A DNA stretch of 64,000 bases, from positions 10,143 to 74,142 of IMG/VR virus record IMGVR_UViG_3300037475_000122; one strand, written 5' to 3'. A model generated the notes under the pieces. It was not told where the DNA came from and made no database searches. It saw nothing but the letters and a program-made list of their open reading frames with translations. This document shows, in pieces, positions 19,129 to 28,836 of the stretch (within the stretch, counting starts at the first letter, position 1; the number at the start of each line of letters is the position of its first letter). This DNA comes from a virus. The translations under genes were made by a program, and so were the position numbers.

Positions 19129-19153
19129 CGGTTGGACAGGTGAGGGGAACCTT
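19125..19153 (+). promoter_or_regulatory. Late-class leaderless promoter
   Basis: TTGACG-N17-AACCTT-N5-ATG(19159). Confidence 0.75.
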
Positions 19154-19158
19154 CCCCT

Positions 19159-22100
19159 ATGCCCGTTCCGATGACGCCCGTGCCGGTTGATTTCGACCCG
19201 ACGACCACTCCGTTTACACCTGTCCTCGACGCGGCGTTGTCCGGGGCTTCTCCCGTCAATCCGGCTGAGCCGTCCAAAACCCCGGTCCTTGACCAAGCTC
19301 TCACCCCCGCGCCCATTGCGACGCCGACCACTCCGGCGTCCGGCCCCACCGTCGTTGACTTCGACCCCACGACCACGCCGTTTACACCCGCCCCCGAGCC
19401 GAAGAAGGCCGTCATTTTCGACCCGACCAAGCAGGCACACGACAAAGTCTTTTCCGTCGCGGATTTCAAGGCCCTCCCGCTCGACCAACTCGACAACGAG
19501 AAGCAATTTGAGCCGACAGACTTCGGATTCCAACACGAGGACGAACTTAACGCGGACCCCGAAGCGAAAGCGAAGTTGCTTGAGCTTTACAAGCTCCGCA
19601 ATCAGCCGTTCCATCAGACCCGCAAGTTTCTCGCGCAGCCTGCGGGCGACATCGCCAAGCAAACGCTGCTCGCGGGAGTTCATGCGCCCGGCAAACTCAT
19701 CGGCGGCGCGTGGCATGTCGGCGGCGACATCGTCAAGGGACTTTGGAACGCGGCGCTCAACGCCAGCGGGGCCATCGGTGCAACCGGGCTCGCCGGACTT
19801 CAGGCCGTCACGGGTGCGAGTCCGCAGAAGGTCAACGAAACTCTCGGCATGGCGGGAAGCATGGGCAGCGAACTTTTGTCCGGGTTTGAGGCTCAGTCCA
19901 CGTCTGAGGCCGGGCTTGGCCGTCGCAGCTTGCGGGCCGTCGGCGAAGGCGTCGCGGCGCTCGACCCAACGGGCGCGGTCAAGGACATCACCGGGCTGAA
20001 ATCTTTTTCGGAATTGTCCCCGGAAGAATTGAAGGCGCGCTTTGACAGCGACGTGCAGGAAAAACGCGCCGTTCAGGACGCCGTCAAGGGGACCGGCGAA
20101 ATGGTTCGCGCAATCGCGGGCAGCGAAGAGGAATTGAAGCAGGCCGGAATCACCATCGACACCGCCAAGGTTGAGAAGCTGATGCCCGCAACGAGTCTCT
20201 TGAATTTCATCCCCCTCGGCGAAGGTCTCGCAGTGGGCGCGGTCGGAAAAGTCGGCGGGCGGTTCGTCGTCGAGAAGGTCGCGCAGGCAACCACACCGCA
20301 GCAAGCCAGTCTTTTCATCCGGGCGGTCAATCAGGGCGCGGAACTGGCAGGCAAAGCAGCGAAAGCGGGCGGCGAAGCGTTGGAGACGGCCGGGGGCAAG
20401 CTGCGCGAGAACGTTTTCAAACCGCTTCACAACCTCGGCGACGTTTCGGCGGTCCTCGCCGGTTCCGGCGGGCACCTCGGCGTCGGCGCGGGCATCGCTG
20501 CGGTTACGAAACTCACCCCCAAGGCGCTCGAACTTACCGGCCGGGCAGTGCAAAAGGCTGCTCCGTTTGTCGCAACGGGCGCGCGTATCGCTGCGGACTC
20601 GGCTATTGAAGCGGGCAAAGGCTACGCTCACGGTCTGCTCTACACTCTCCCGTTCATGGTTGGCGCGACGCCGACGGAGCAGGAAGGCTTGCTGAATGTC
20701 GCGGGTCTCGCGGGCGCGGTGCGCGGCGGCGTTCGTGCAACCGGACTCACCGGCCAAGTCGTCGGCTTCAAAGCTCAGGAAGCCCTTGCGAAGAAAATTT
20801 TCGAGCACGTCGAGCAGAAAGAACCGCCAGCGGTCCCGGACTACGGCACCGATATTTATCTCGACGCTCAGTCGCGGGTGAATGCGGCGAATCTCCCGAA
20901 GGCTCAGAGCAATCTCCTCGGCTGGGCGAAGCACATGTTCAAAGACTCCGGCGTTGAGTGGCACCCGGTCACCGACGCTCAGATGATTCAGCAGACCGGC
21001 GGGCAGAGTGGGCGCGGGTTTGCGGTCAAGCTGGGTCAGACTATCGCCCCCGACGGCTCGACGAAACCTCTCGTCCGGATTTTTCTGAACGGCGACGTCG
21101 AAGCATTGCCTCACGAAATGCTCCACGCTCTCGGCAACATCGACGCGCCCGGCTATAGCGATTTCGTCAAGACGGTGAACGATTCGCTCACGACCCGCGA
21201 GCGCCAAACGTTCGAGCAGATTTACAACACGGTCCAGAACGGCGGGCTTCCCGAGGCCCAATGGAAAACCCGGCTCTCTCCGGAAAAGGTCAACGAGGAA
21301 GTCGCCGCTGAAATCTTTTCTCGCGTCATCCTCGGTCAGGATTTGTCCGGAGTCAAGCCCACGCTCGCGCGCAAGGCCGCGCTGTTTACGTCGAACCTTC
21401 TCGAAAAAATGGGAATCCCGCTGGGCGACGTGAACGTCATGCAGGCGAAGGATTTTAATCCCAAGGCCGACCGCCCCGGATTTTCAACCCTCGGCGTTCG
21501 TCCGACTGCCGACGCGACCATCATCAGCCAGAACTTCATCAAGGGACTTTTGAACCACCTTGAGAACAACGGCGACCTACTCCCGAATTTTCAACGTCCC
21601 TCGCTCTTGAAAGGCGGCGCTGTGACCGGCGGCACGTCTCTCATCAAGCCTCGCCCCCGCACTCCTGCCCCCACGCCCGGGGCACCCGCTGCTCCGGCCG
21701 CTCCTGCAAATCCTGCAACCCCTGCGGCTCCCGCCACTCCCTCGGCCGGTCCTTCAACTCCTACGACGCCGACGCCGCTCCCCACGGGGCCGACTCCGTC
21801 GCCCAAGCCTCGCAACATCCGCACCACGGAAGCAAAGCAAAACGATTTTGCGGCTCAGCGCGCCGAAGTCACGAACGTTGACAAAGCGACCGACGCGGCA
21901 GCGAAATCGGCCGACGCGAATACGGTCAAGCACGTCGCGGACATCTCCAAAGTTTTGGAGTCCGGCAAAGGCGTTGTCGAACTCGAATATCTGTCGGTCA
22001 AGGACACCGGCAATGCGAACGCTCCGACGACTCGCACTCCCCGGCGCGATGCCCAAGAGGCTGCATACATCGCCGAGGGAATGGGCGCGGCTCCGGCCGA

Positions 22101-25100
22101 CGTCCGGGACCTCGCGCAGAAGGTTACCGTGCCCGTCCGCTGGGAAGTTCAGGGCGGGAAGCCGCAACTTATCGCGATGTCTCTCGACAAGGTCGTCGCC
22201 AACGTCGCGCAGACGGTCAAGGACGTTGTCGCGAGCAAAGTCGAAGGCAAAATCCCCTACGAGATTAAGGACGGCGCGCTGACGGATGCTGCGTGGCATG
22301 ATGTCGTGTCGGACCTTCAGGACTACGCGGAGAATCAGTCGAACGGCTTCCGAGGCGACGGTCAGAAACTCACGCGCCCGACTGAAGACATCGGCGCTTC
22401 CATCCCGGCCGAGAATCCGGCATACAGCCCCCGCATTCTTTCGGAGCAGAAGGCGAATTTTCTGAACTACATTCAGGGCTTGAATCCGCCGCTGACCGCG
22501 CGCGAAGTCAAAGGCGTGACCCCCGGCAACGTGAAGGGCCAAATCATTGCCGAAGTCAACAAGCGGACGCCGGAGAAGCCCGCCGTCATCCGTCCGAAAG
22601 ACATCCAGAAGCAGACATTCAAGAGCGGCCGGGAGATTCGCGAAACGAATCCGCTCCGCAACGAACTCGCGGCGGCTGGCGTGGACCCTCGGAAACTCAT
22701 CGAGGTCACCGAACGCATCGACCCGTCGCTCATCGCGAAAGTTACACCGCGCCCCGACCTGAATTTTAAAGCGCCGGTCACCGACACCATTCGCGGCGGC
22801 TTCCTCCCCGGCGGCAAGGAATTTTTCAAGCACAACACGGTCGATGAAATCGGCGAGGCCGTCTCGAAGGCGTCCCCGGAAGAGTGGCAGAAGCTTTCGA
22901 GCGAGATTGGAAGCCTTACAACGGGCGCGTATCAACTTGGCGTCAACCTCAAGGACGTCGCAGACGTGGCAAAACTTCGCGCGCTCGAAACGAAATTCAC
23001 TGAGGCTTATCAGGCGGCGAAAGGCGAGAAGGATTTCGACGCGATGATGCTGGCGGCGACGAAAAAACAATTCGTCACCGAGGCGCTTGAGACGGCCACG
23101 GGAATGAGCCCGGGCAAACGCGAAACCATCGCGCGCCAACTCGGCCCCGACTGGCAACCGCCTTTTCCTGAAGCCGCCAAGCCCGAGGGTCAGCTTCTCC
23201 CGAAGACTGAATCCGCGCAGAAGCTTTCAACCGAAGGTTTTGATTTCCGCATCTCCGGCCAGCCCGGCGTCCGCGCCGTCACGGTTTTGAAGGACGGCGT
23301 TGCGGTCGGCGAGTTCCAATCGGCACAGCGCGCTCCCGGCACGGCTGAGATTTCAAACGTGCTGTTGAAGAAAGAGGCGCGCGGCACGGGGGCGGCGGAA
23401 GCGGCCTATCGCGAACTCCTCGCGCAGTTGCAGGCCGACGGCGTCACCAAGGTTGAAGGCACCGTTGTCGCTCCGCAACCGCTGGCGATTCGCCGGAAAA
23501 TCTTTGGCGGCTTCGACAAGCTCGAACTGAACGGCGAGCCGGTCAGCATCGACGACGCGCTCCACGCCGCGAACGAAATCGCGACCTCCCGCGCGCGGGA
23601 CATCACGAACATCGAGGCGGTGAACGAAATTCCCGTTGACAAGCAATTTCTCCCCGGCGGCAAGGACGAACTCAACGGGCTCGCGTTCAAGGAATTTTTC
23701 TCGAAGGTCTCGAAGGGCGAGTTCGGCAAGTCGAAAGTTCCGTGGGTCCCGGTCACCAACGTCGAGAAGCAAAAGGATTTTCTCCAAGCCGTGCAAGAGC
23801 ACTCGGGGAACTTCGATGAGCATATCGCGAAGTCGATTCCGACCTACCGGGAGACGCAGCTTCGCAAGGGCACCGCAATCATCGCGCTCGCGGGCGACGG
23901 AGACTTGGCCGTGCTGGACATCGGCGGCAGCGAAGGCTCATGGGACAAGGCGGTCACTCAATTGTCCGGCGGCAAGGTCACGACGGTTACGGTTGACCCG
24001 AATCCGGCGATGTCGGACTTTTTTCACGAGAAGAGCAAGGTCCCCGGCGCTCAGCACGTCACGGCTGCATTTCGCGAGGGCTTCGAGGACGAAGGCAAGC
24101 ACATCCCGGCGTTTGACTCGACGAAGAAATTCGACGTCGTCAACGAGTCGATGACGTTCCAGTTCATCAACCCCGACCGCGCGGGCCAAGTTGCAGAGGT
24201 GAAGCGACTGCTCGCCCCTGACGGCTTGTTCATCACTGACGAGAAGCTGCGCGACCCGAAGTGGGCGGAGAACGAGGCGAAGAAAGACAAGGATTTCAAG
24301 TCGGTCTATTTCTCGGACGAAGAGTTGAAGGCGAAGGATAAAGTCGTCGGCTTCCAACAGGCGAAGCAGGAGACCAAGACCGTGGGCATGATTGACAACA
24401 TGGTCACGCCGGAACAATACGAACAGATTCTCCGGGACCATTTCAAATTTGTCTCTCAGTATTGGGACAGCGGCAACTTCAAAGGCTACGTCGCGTCTGA
24501 CGACCTCTTGAAGCTTCAGAAATTTCTCCGCGAAGTCGGCGACACGTCCTCCGAGTTCAGCACTCAGAAGACTCCGCGCGCCGTTCCGAACGTCCGCGAG
24601 CAGGGCGAGAACTCGCTCCTCACTCAGCAACGGCTCCTAGCGGGCCAACTGCTCCCGAAACAACGCGAGCCGCTGAGCCCGGAAGACGTCCAGCGGAAAG
24701 CCATCAAGTCTCCCGCTGTTCGACTCGACAACGGCCGTGTCATCGAAGGACCGATTCACGCGATGGCGATTGCCAAGGCTCTCGACGAGGCCCCGAACTA
24801 CGAAGGCAAATTCAAGAGCGGATTTACAACCAACGAAGGGGAATTTCTCGACAGCAAAAAGGCTCTCCTCCGTGCCGAGGACATCAAGCAAGTTCAGAAG
24901 GGCAAAGGGCTCGCGCAGTCGTTGGGCTTCCTTGAATCGAAGGAGTTCGAGAAGAACCGAAACTTCCTCCCCGGCTCGACGGGCTGGATTCTCCCCAACC
25001 AGAAATTTGTCCCGCTGGCGCAGTCGTATCACGAACGCTACCTCGCGGACGAGTCCAAGGCGCTCAACAAAAAGTTCGGCACCAAGTTCTCGGCGACGGC

Positions 25101-26577
25101 GGACATCAATGAGCGGTTGAAAGCCTTGAACGACGGCTTCGTCCGCATCCGTGGCGGATTCAACGGCGGCGGGTCGATGAACATCGAGTTGAACGCCAAG
25201 TTTTTCACGGGCAAGACCCGGAAGGCCGTCGAGAATTTCCTTGAGGACCACGCCGACGACATCGACAATCTGAACATTTCCCTTTTGAACGACAAGGGAC
25301 AAATCGTGGACTCGACGAGCGCCAAGGTGTTTGAGTTTGACGGGCCGGAACGGGTGAACGCCCTGCTCGAAGCCGTTGACGGATTGCGCGCCCGGCCCGG
25401 CCGGACTCACGGCGGTCAACTGCTCCCCGGCGGAGACGAGATTTTGCCGGGCCTGAACATCCCCAGCGAAGAACGCGCGCAGCAATTGCGCGTGAAGGCT
25501 CGCGTGGCGAAGTCGAAGGAGAAATTCCCCGAGGCCATCAAGCTTCAGTATGCCAAGGACGACGCGGGCAACTTCGTTCTCGGCGAGGACGGCAAGCCGA
25601 AGCCTCAGACCGTGGAGTATGGCTTCATGAACACGCCGCTCGCGCGCGAGGCCGCAAAGAACCTCAAGGGCGAAGACCGGATTCGTGCAGTCGAGCAGGC
25701 ATTGGGGCGGAAACTCGTCACCGAGGCGAAGGACGCGCTCAAACGACCGGACCTTCAGGCCGGGGCGAAGTGGTATTCGACCGCACGCACGCGGCTCAAA
25801 GGTTTGTTCGGCGAGGACACCAAGTTTTTCACGGAACTTCTCGGGGCCACGAGCGCCCGGACTCCGGTCGAAACGAATTATCGCTTCGCGCTGGACGCTT
25901 ACAACCAATTCAAGCAAGGAAAGTTTGACGACCTCATCCGGAAATATCGGGAAGGCAAATCGAATTGGGACGCAGGCAACATCAAGGATTTTCTGGCCGC
26001 AACCGGAAACCAAAACCCGACGCGCGGGCAGTATCTCGATTGGTGGGTCCAGACAAACGACATCAGCCCCGTGCAATCGAACGGGAAGAAGTTCGGCGCG
26101 AACTCCCGGCAAGTTCTCAAGGTGCTCGACGGCTCATGGGCCGAGGAAATCGGCGGGCCGAAGACCCCCAACTTCGCGGGGAACCTCGCGGGCACCACGT
26201 TCGAGGCAACGATTGACGTTTGGGCCGCGCGTATGTTGCACCGGCTCGCCAACGAGGGCAATACGAAGCCGTGGCGCATTCTGGCCGAGAACGAAACCGG
26301 CGTCGTCGATGAGGACTTCGCAATCGGACAGGCCGCTTATCGTCACGCCGCAAAGGAACTCGGCATGAAGCCGGACGCGCTGCAAGCCGTCTTGTGGTTC
26401 GCCGAAAAAGACTATTGGGAAAAGAAAGGTTGGACACGCGGGGCCGGGGCGGAGAAGTCCGACTTCAACGTGCTGCTCAAAGAGACCGAGCCCGCAAGCG
26501 GCGGCACGATGAAAATGAAGTCGGCACAGAACGACCTTTTTTCCGTCAAATCCTTAGAGATTAAAAAACGCAAATGA
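19159..26577 (+). CDS. Large polyvalent ejection protein (zincin peptidase, GNAT, CmoA-like methyltransferase, glycosylase-like C-terminal domain)
   Basis: 2472 aa; HEMLH..EEVAAE; EARGTGAA; VLDIGGSEG; KWY..TS..N..GPK..NF..TIDVW..QAVLW. Confidence 0.8.
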   Translation: MPVPMTPVPVDFDPTTTPFTPVLDAALSGASPVNPAEPSKTPVLDQALTPAPIATPTTPASGPTVVDFDPTTTPFTPAPEPKKAVIFDPTKQAHDKVFSVADFKALPLDQLDNEKQFEPTDFGFQHEDELNADPEAKAKLLELYKLRNQPFHQTRKFLAQPAGDIAKQTLLAGVHAPGKLIGGAWHVGGDIVKGLWNAALNASGAIGATGLAGLQAVTGASPQKVNETLGMAGSMGSELLSGFEAQSTSEAGLGRRSLRAVGEGVAALDPTGAVKDITGLKSFSELSPEELKARFDSDVQEKRAVQDAVKGTGEMVRAIAGSEEELKQAGITIDTAKVEKLMPATSLLNFIPLGEGLAVGAVGKVGGRFVVEKVAQATTPQQASLFIRAVNQGAELAGKAAKAGGEALETAGGKLRENVFKPLHNLGDVSAVLAGSGGHLGVGAGIAAVTKLTPKALELTGRAVQKAAPFVATGARIAADSAIEAGKGYAHGLLYTLPFMVGATPTEQEGLLNVAGLAGAVRGGVRATGLTGQVVGFKAQEALAKKIFEHVEQKEPPAVPDYGTDIYLDAQSRVNAANLPKAQSNLLGWAKHMFKDSGVEWHPVTDAQMIQQTGGQSGRGFAVKLGQTIAPDGSTKPLVRIFLNGDVEALPHEMLHALGNIDAPGYSDFVKTVNDSLTTRERQTFEQIYNTVQNGGLPEAQWKTRLSPEKVNEEVAAEIFSRVILGQDLSGVKPTLARKAALFTSNLLEKMGIPLGDVNVMQAKDFNPKADRPGFSTLGVRPTADATIISQNFIKGLLNHLENNGDLLPNFQRPSLLKGGAVTGGTSLIKPRPRTPAPTPGAPAAPAAPANPATPAAPATPSAGPSTPTTPTPLPTGPTPSPKPRNIRTTEAKQNDFAAQRAEVTNVDKATDAAAKSADANTVKHVADISKVLESGKGVVELEYLSVKDTGNANAPTTRTPRRDAQEAAYIAEGMGAAPADVRDLAQKVTVPVRWEVQGGKPQLIAMSLDKVVANVAQTVKDVVASKVEGKIPYEIKDGALTDAAWHDVVSDLQDYAENQSNGFRGDGQKLTRPTEDIGASIPAENPAYSPRILSEQKANFLNYIQGLNPPLTAREVKGVTPGNVKGQIIAEVNKRTPEKPAVIRPKDIQKQTFKSGREIRETNPLRNELAAAGVDPRKLIEVTERIDPSLIAKVTPRPDLNFKAPVTDTIRGGFLPGGKEFFKHNTVDEIGEAVSKASPEEWQKLSSEIGSLTTGAYQLGVNLKDVADVAKLRALETKFTEAYQAAKGEKDFDAMMLAATKKQFVTEALETATGMSPGKRETIARQLGPDWQPPFPEAAKPEGQLLPKTESAQKLSTEGFDFRISGQPGVRAVTVLKDGVAVGEFQSAQRAPGTAEISNVLLKKEARGTGAAEAAYRELLAQLQADGVTKVEGTVVAPQPLAIRRKIFGGFDKLELNGEPVSIDDALHAANEIATSRARDITNIEAVNEIPVDKQFLPGGKDELNGLAFKEFFSKVSKGEFGKSKVPWVPVTNVEKQKDFLQAVQEHSGNFDEHIAKSIPTYRETQLRKGTAIIALAGDGDLAVLDIGGSEGSWDKAVTQLSGGKVTTVTVDPNPAMSDFFHEKSKVPGAQHVTAAFREGFEDEGKHIPAFDSTKKFDVVNESMTFQFINPDRAGQVAEVKRLLAPDGLFITDEKLRDPKWAENEAKKDKDFKSVYFSDEELKAKDKVVGFQQAKQETKTVGMIDNMVTPEQYEQILRDHFKFVSQYWDSGNFKGYVASDDLLKLQKFLREVGDTSSEFSTQKTPRAVPNVREQGENSLLTQQRLLAGQLLPKQREPLSPEDVQRKAIKSPAVRLDNGRVIEGPIHAMAIAKALDEAPNYEGKFKSGFTTNEGEFLDSKKALLRAEDIKQVQKGKGLAQSLGFLESKEFEKNRNFLPGSTGWILPNQKFVPLAQSYHERYLADESKALNKKFGTKFSATADINERLKALNDGFVRIRGGFNGGGSMNIELNAKFFTGKTRKAVENFLEDHADDIDNLNISLLNDKGQIVDSTSAKVFEFDGPERVNALLEAVDGLRARPGRTHGGQLLPGGDEILPGLNIPSEERAQQLRVKARVAKSKEKFPEAIKLQYAKDDAGNFVLGEDGKPKPQTVEYGFMNTPLAREAAKNLKGEDRIRAVEQALGRKLVTEAKDALKRPDLQAGAKWYSTARTRLKGLFGEDTKFFTELLGATSARTPVETNYRFALDAYNQFKQGKFDDLIRKYREGKSNWDAGNIKDFLAATGNQNPTRGQYLDWWVQTNDISPVQSNGKKFGANSRQVLKVLDGSWAEEIGGPKTPNFAGNLAGTTFEATIDVWAARMLHRLANEGNTKPWRILAENETGVVDEDFAIGQAAYRHAAKELGMKPDALQAVLWFAEKDYWEKKGWTRGAGAEKSDFNVLLKETEPASGGTMKMKSAQNDLFSVKSLEIKKRK

Positions 26578-26720
26578 ACGCAGACTTCACACCAATCGAA
26601 TTCGAGGACCTGAAGCTGACCCCCGAGGAGGCAAAACTCATCGACGTCGGCGCTAAGGTTTTCATGCAGACCGAGGACCCCCGGGACAACGAACGATTCC
26701 TTGACGCACCCAAGCCCTAA
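26574..26720 (+). CDS. 48-aa acidic protein (not in ORF track)
   Basis: ATGA overlap with the giant gene stop; MNADFTPIEFEDLKL... Confidence 0.6.
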   Translation: MNADFTPIEFEDLKLTPEEAKLIDVGAKVFMQTEDPRDNERFLDAPKP

Positions 26721-26729
26721 GCCAACCTT
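26701..26729 (+). promoter_or_regulatory. Late-class leaderless promoter
   Basis: TTGACG-N17-AACCTT-N5-ATG(26735). Confidence 0.75.
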
Positions 26730-26734
26730 CTACC

Positions 26735-27301
26735 ATGCCCATCAATCTTCAGGATAGCCTTCCCCAGCCGCCCGCAGCCGCAGCCCCCGCCGATGACGAA
26801 GGGGGCGGGATTCCGGACGAGGTTTTGCAAATCCCCGCGTTCGCCGGTCTCCTCCGTGGCACTCCCCCGGCCGTTTGGGCGGAGAACGGAGTCAAGAGCC
26901 CCGAGGGGGACATCATCGTGAAGAACCAGAAGCCGCTGGCAGAGGCGGGTTTCGGCTTCTACAACTCCCCGGACAAGAAAACGAACGTCGTCTTCAACTC
27001 TCAGTTCACCAGCCTGCCCGAAATCGAGGCGATGGACAAGGCCGGGAAGCTGCGCGACTTTGCAACCCCGATTGACGACCTCCGGGCCGCGTTTGCCGGT
27101 TCTGAAGCCCCGCCGGAGGGTGCAGCCGCCCCGCCCGCTCCCGGAGGCCCCGCCCAAGTCGCCCCCGTGCCGCCTAATGCGTCGCTGGACAAAAAGCTTG
27201 CCACCGCCCGCATTTCCAACGCTCAGCCCGGAAGCCCCACTTCCGGCCCCGTGCCCGGCCAAGGGCGCATCCTGAACTCCATCATGAAGCCAACCGTGTG
27301 A
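26735..27301 (+). CDS. Hypothetical late protein
   Basis: 188 aa, own promoter. Confidence 0.7.
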   Translation: MPINLQDSLPQPPAAAAPADDEGGGIPDEVLQIPAFAGLLRGTPPAVWAENGVKSPEGDIIVKNQKPLAEAGFGFYNSPDKKTNVVFNSQFTSLPEIEAMDKAGKLRDFATPIDDLRAAFAGSEAPPEGAAAPPAPGGPAQVAPVPPNASLDKKLATARISNAQPGSPTSGPVPGQGRILNSIMKPTV

Positions 27302-27977
27302 GCGGTAGGCCGACCTTCTCCGCCCAATTGTCCGAGCACCAAGCACGGCACCCGAAGCACGGGTGAAACTGCAAGTTCAGGCTCAATTCCTCCGCCCGGT
27401 TCATCAACCATTCGTCCGTCATCGGCTCCGCGTGCTGCCGGAGCTTGTCCATCGGGACCCGGACGTGCTGCCATCCCTTTTCAACCTTGACCATCGTGTA
27501 AACAGTGGTGTTTCCCCGGTTGGGCTGGTTGTAGCCTTTCGCGAAGCGCGTGCCGAAGAAGTCCGCGCCGTTTTTGCAGGACGAGACCACGGCTCCGGCC
27601 GGGAGGGTGACTTTGACCCGCTTGCCCTTCTCGTCCTTGGCGAATCCGCCGTTGGCCTTCAGGAAGAAGGAATGCGGGGCGAGGAGGCGGAATTCCCGGC
27701 CCCGTTCGACATTGTGCGGCCCCGGGGTGAAGATGTCGCGGTGCTCCGCTCCGCGCAGCCCTTCGTAAATCCGGGGGACGAGGGCCTTGCGGGCGCGCTC
27801 GACAATCTCCGGCGTGGGGAGGAGGTATTCCTCCGAGAATCCAATCGCGCAGGCCGCGCGGGTCGTGCCGAGTTCGATTCGATGAAGCTGTCCGTCGGCC
27901 TCGTCGAAGTAAACGCCATACCAATCAGAATCGTCGTAGCCGTTGCACTCCCACCAGCAAATTCTGTATTTATTCAT
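27282..27977 (-). CDS. Hypothetical protein
   Basis: 231 aa, own leaderless promoter. Confidence 0.7.
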   Translation of the reverse strand: MNKYRICWWECNGYDDSDWYGVYFDEADGQLHRIELGTTRAACAIGFSEEYLLPTPEIVERARKALVPRIYEGLRGAEHRDIFTPGPHNVERGREFRLLAPHSFFLKANGGFAKDEKGKRVKVTLPAGAVVSSCKNGADFFGTRFAKGYNQPNRGNTTVYTMVKVEKGWQHVRVPMDKLRQHAEPMTDEWLMNRAEELSLNLQFHPCFGCRAWCSDNWAEKVGLPLTRLAS

Positions 27978-28687
27978 GCCGTGACAATATCATAGGGCAG
28001 GCGGTTTGTCAAGTCCTTGACGTAATCTTCGACGCGGCTCAATGCCTCGGCCCAATCGTAAACGTAGTGGTCCCCGTCGTGGCGGTCCTTCCCGTCGTGG
28101 TCGAGGTCCTTCGGGGGCCAGACGCCGATGCAATCCGGCGACGGGTCGCCCACGGTGATTTCAATGTGATGCGCCCGGGCCAGCCGTTGCGCTTTGGCAC
28201 GGTAGTTAGGACCGGAAGGCTGCAAGACCGGAGGAGGGACCGGCAGCGGGGCAGGAACGAAACCCGGGACCGGAACGACATGCCACGCACCGCGCACTTT
28301 GGCGCGACGACGGGGAGCTTTTTTCAGAGGCACCGGGGTCTTCGTCCAGTTGTCATTAAACATCCGGCCGGAGACGGTGACATAATGGTGGGAGACGTTG
28401 AAAACGACGGCCCCAGCCTTCAGCAAGTGCGAATTCTCGGCGGTCCAGCGGGCGAGGGAGCGGCGCGGACCTCTATAGCCCGTGTCCACTTCAAAGAAAC
28501 GGAAGCCGAGCAATTCCCCGGCTTTACGGAGTTCTGAGGGATAGACGCCTTTGACTGTTTTTCGCCCGGTGACATGCCGGAGCGTTGCCATTATGTGAGA
28601 CGTCGGAAGGCCGGTGATGGTAGCGAGTGCGCCGGGGCCGCACCAAAGAACTGTTTTCAGGTCGTGCTTAATCGGGTGCAATTTCAT
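27974..28687 (-). CDS. Hypothetical protein, possible papain-like (C39-type) fold
   Basis: WCGPGAL...HYVTV...D Cys-His-Asp pattern. Confidence 0.5.
   Translation of the reverse strand: MKLHPIKHDLKTVLWCGPGALATITGLPTSHIMATLRHVTGRKTVKGVYPSELRKAGELLGFRFFEVDTGYRGPRRSLARWTAENSHLLKAGAVVFNVSHHYVTVSGRMFNDNWTKTPVPLKKAPRRRAKVRGAWHVVPVPGFVPAPLPVPPPVLQPSGPNYRAKAQRLARAHHIEITVGDPSPDCIGVWPPKDLDHDGKDRHDGDHYVYDWAEALSRVEDYVKDLTNRLPYDIVTA
27984..28012 (-). promoter_or_regulatory. Early-class leaderless promoter
   Basis: TTGACA-N17-TATTGT-N6-ATG with extended TG. Confidence 0.75.
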
Positions 28688-28693
28688 GCCCCT

Positions 28694-28721
28694 ACTATCG
28701 CACAGAATCAGTCCTTGTCAA
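28694..28721 (-). promoter_or_regulatory. Early-class leaderless promoter
   Basis: TTGACA-N16-GATAGT-N6-ATG with extended TG. Confidence 0.75.
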
Positions 28722-28836
28722 ATTCTTTTTTCGCGGCCCGGCGCTCCGCCTTCGACTGGACACGCTTGCCAAAAGGTCGCAGGTGTTTTGCCCACTCCTT
28801 CGGCTTGACGAGCGTGTCTTTTCGCTTGTGGCTCAT
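28708..28836 (-). CDS. Small basic protein
   Basis: MSHKRKD..., 42 aa, overlaps the upstream stop. Confidence 0.5.
   Translation of the reverse strand: MSHKRKDTLVKPKEWAKHLRPFGKRVQSKAERRAAKKEFDKD

Noticed and set aside
17656-21261. 1201-aa antisense ORF
   Set aside because: Shadow of two strongly coding + strand genes in high-GC DNA; no motifs
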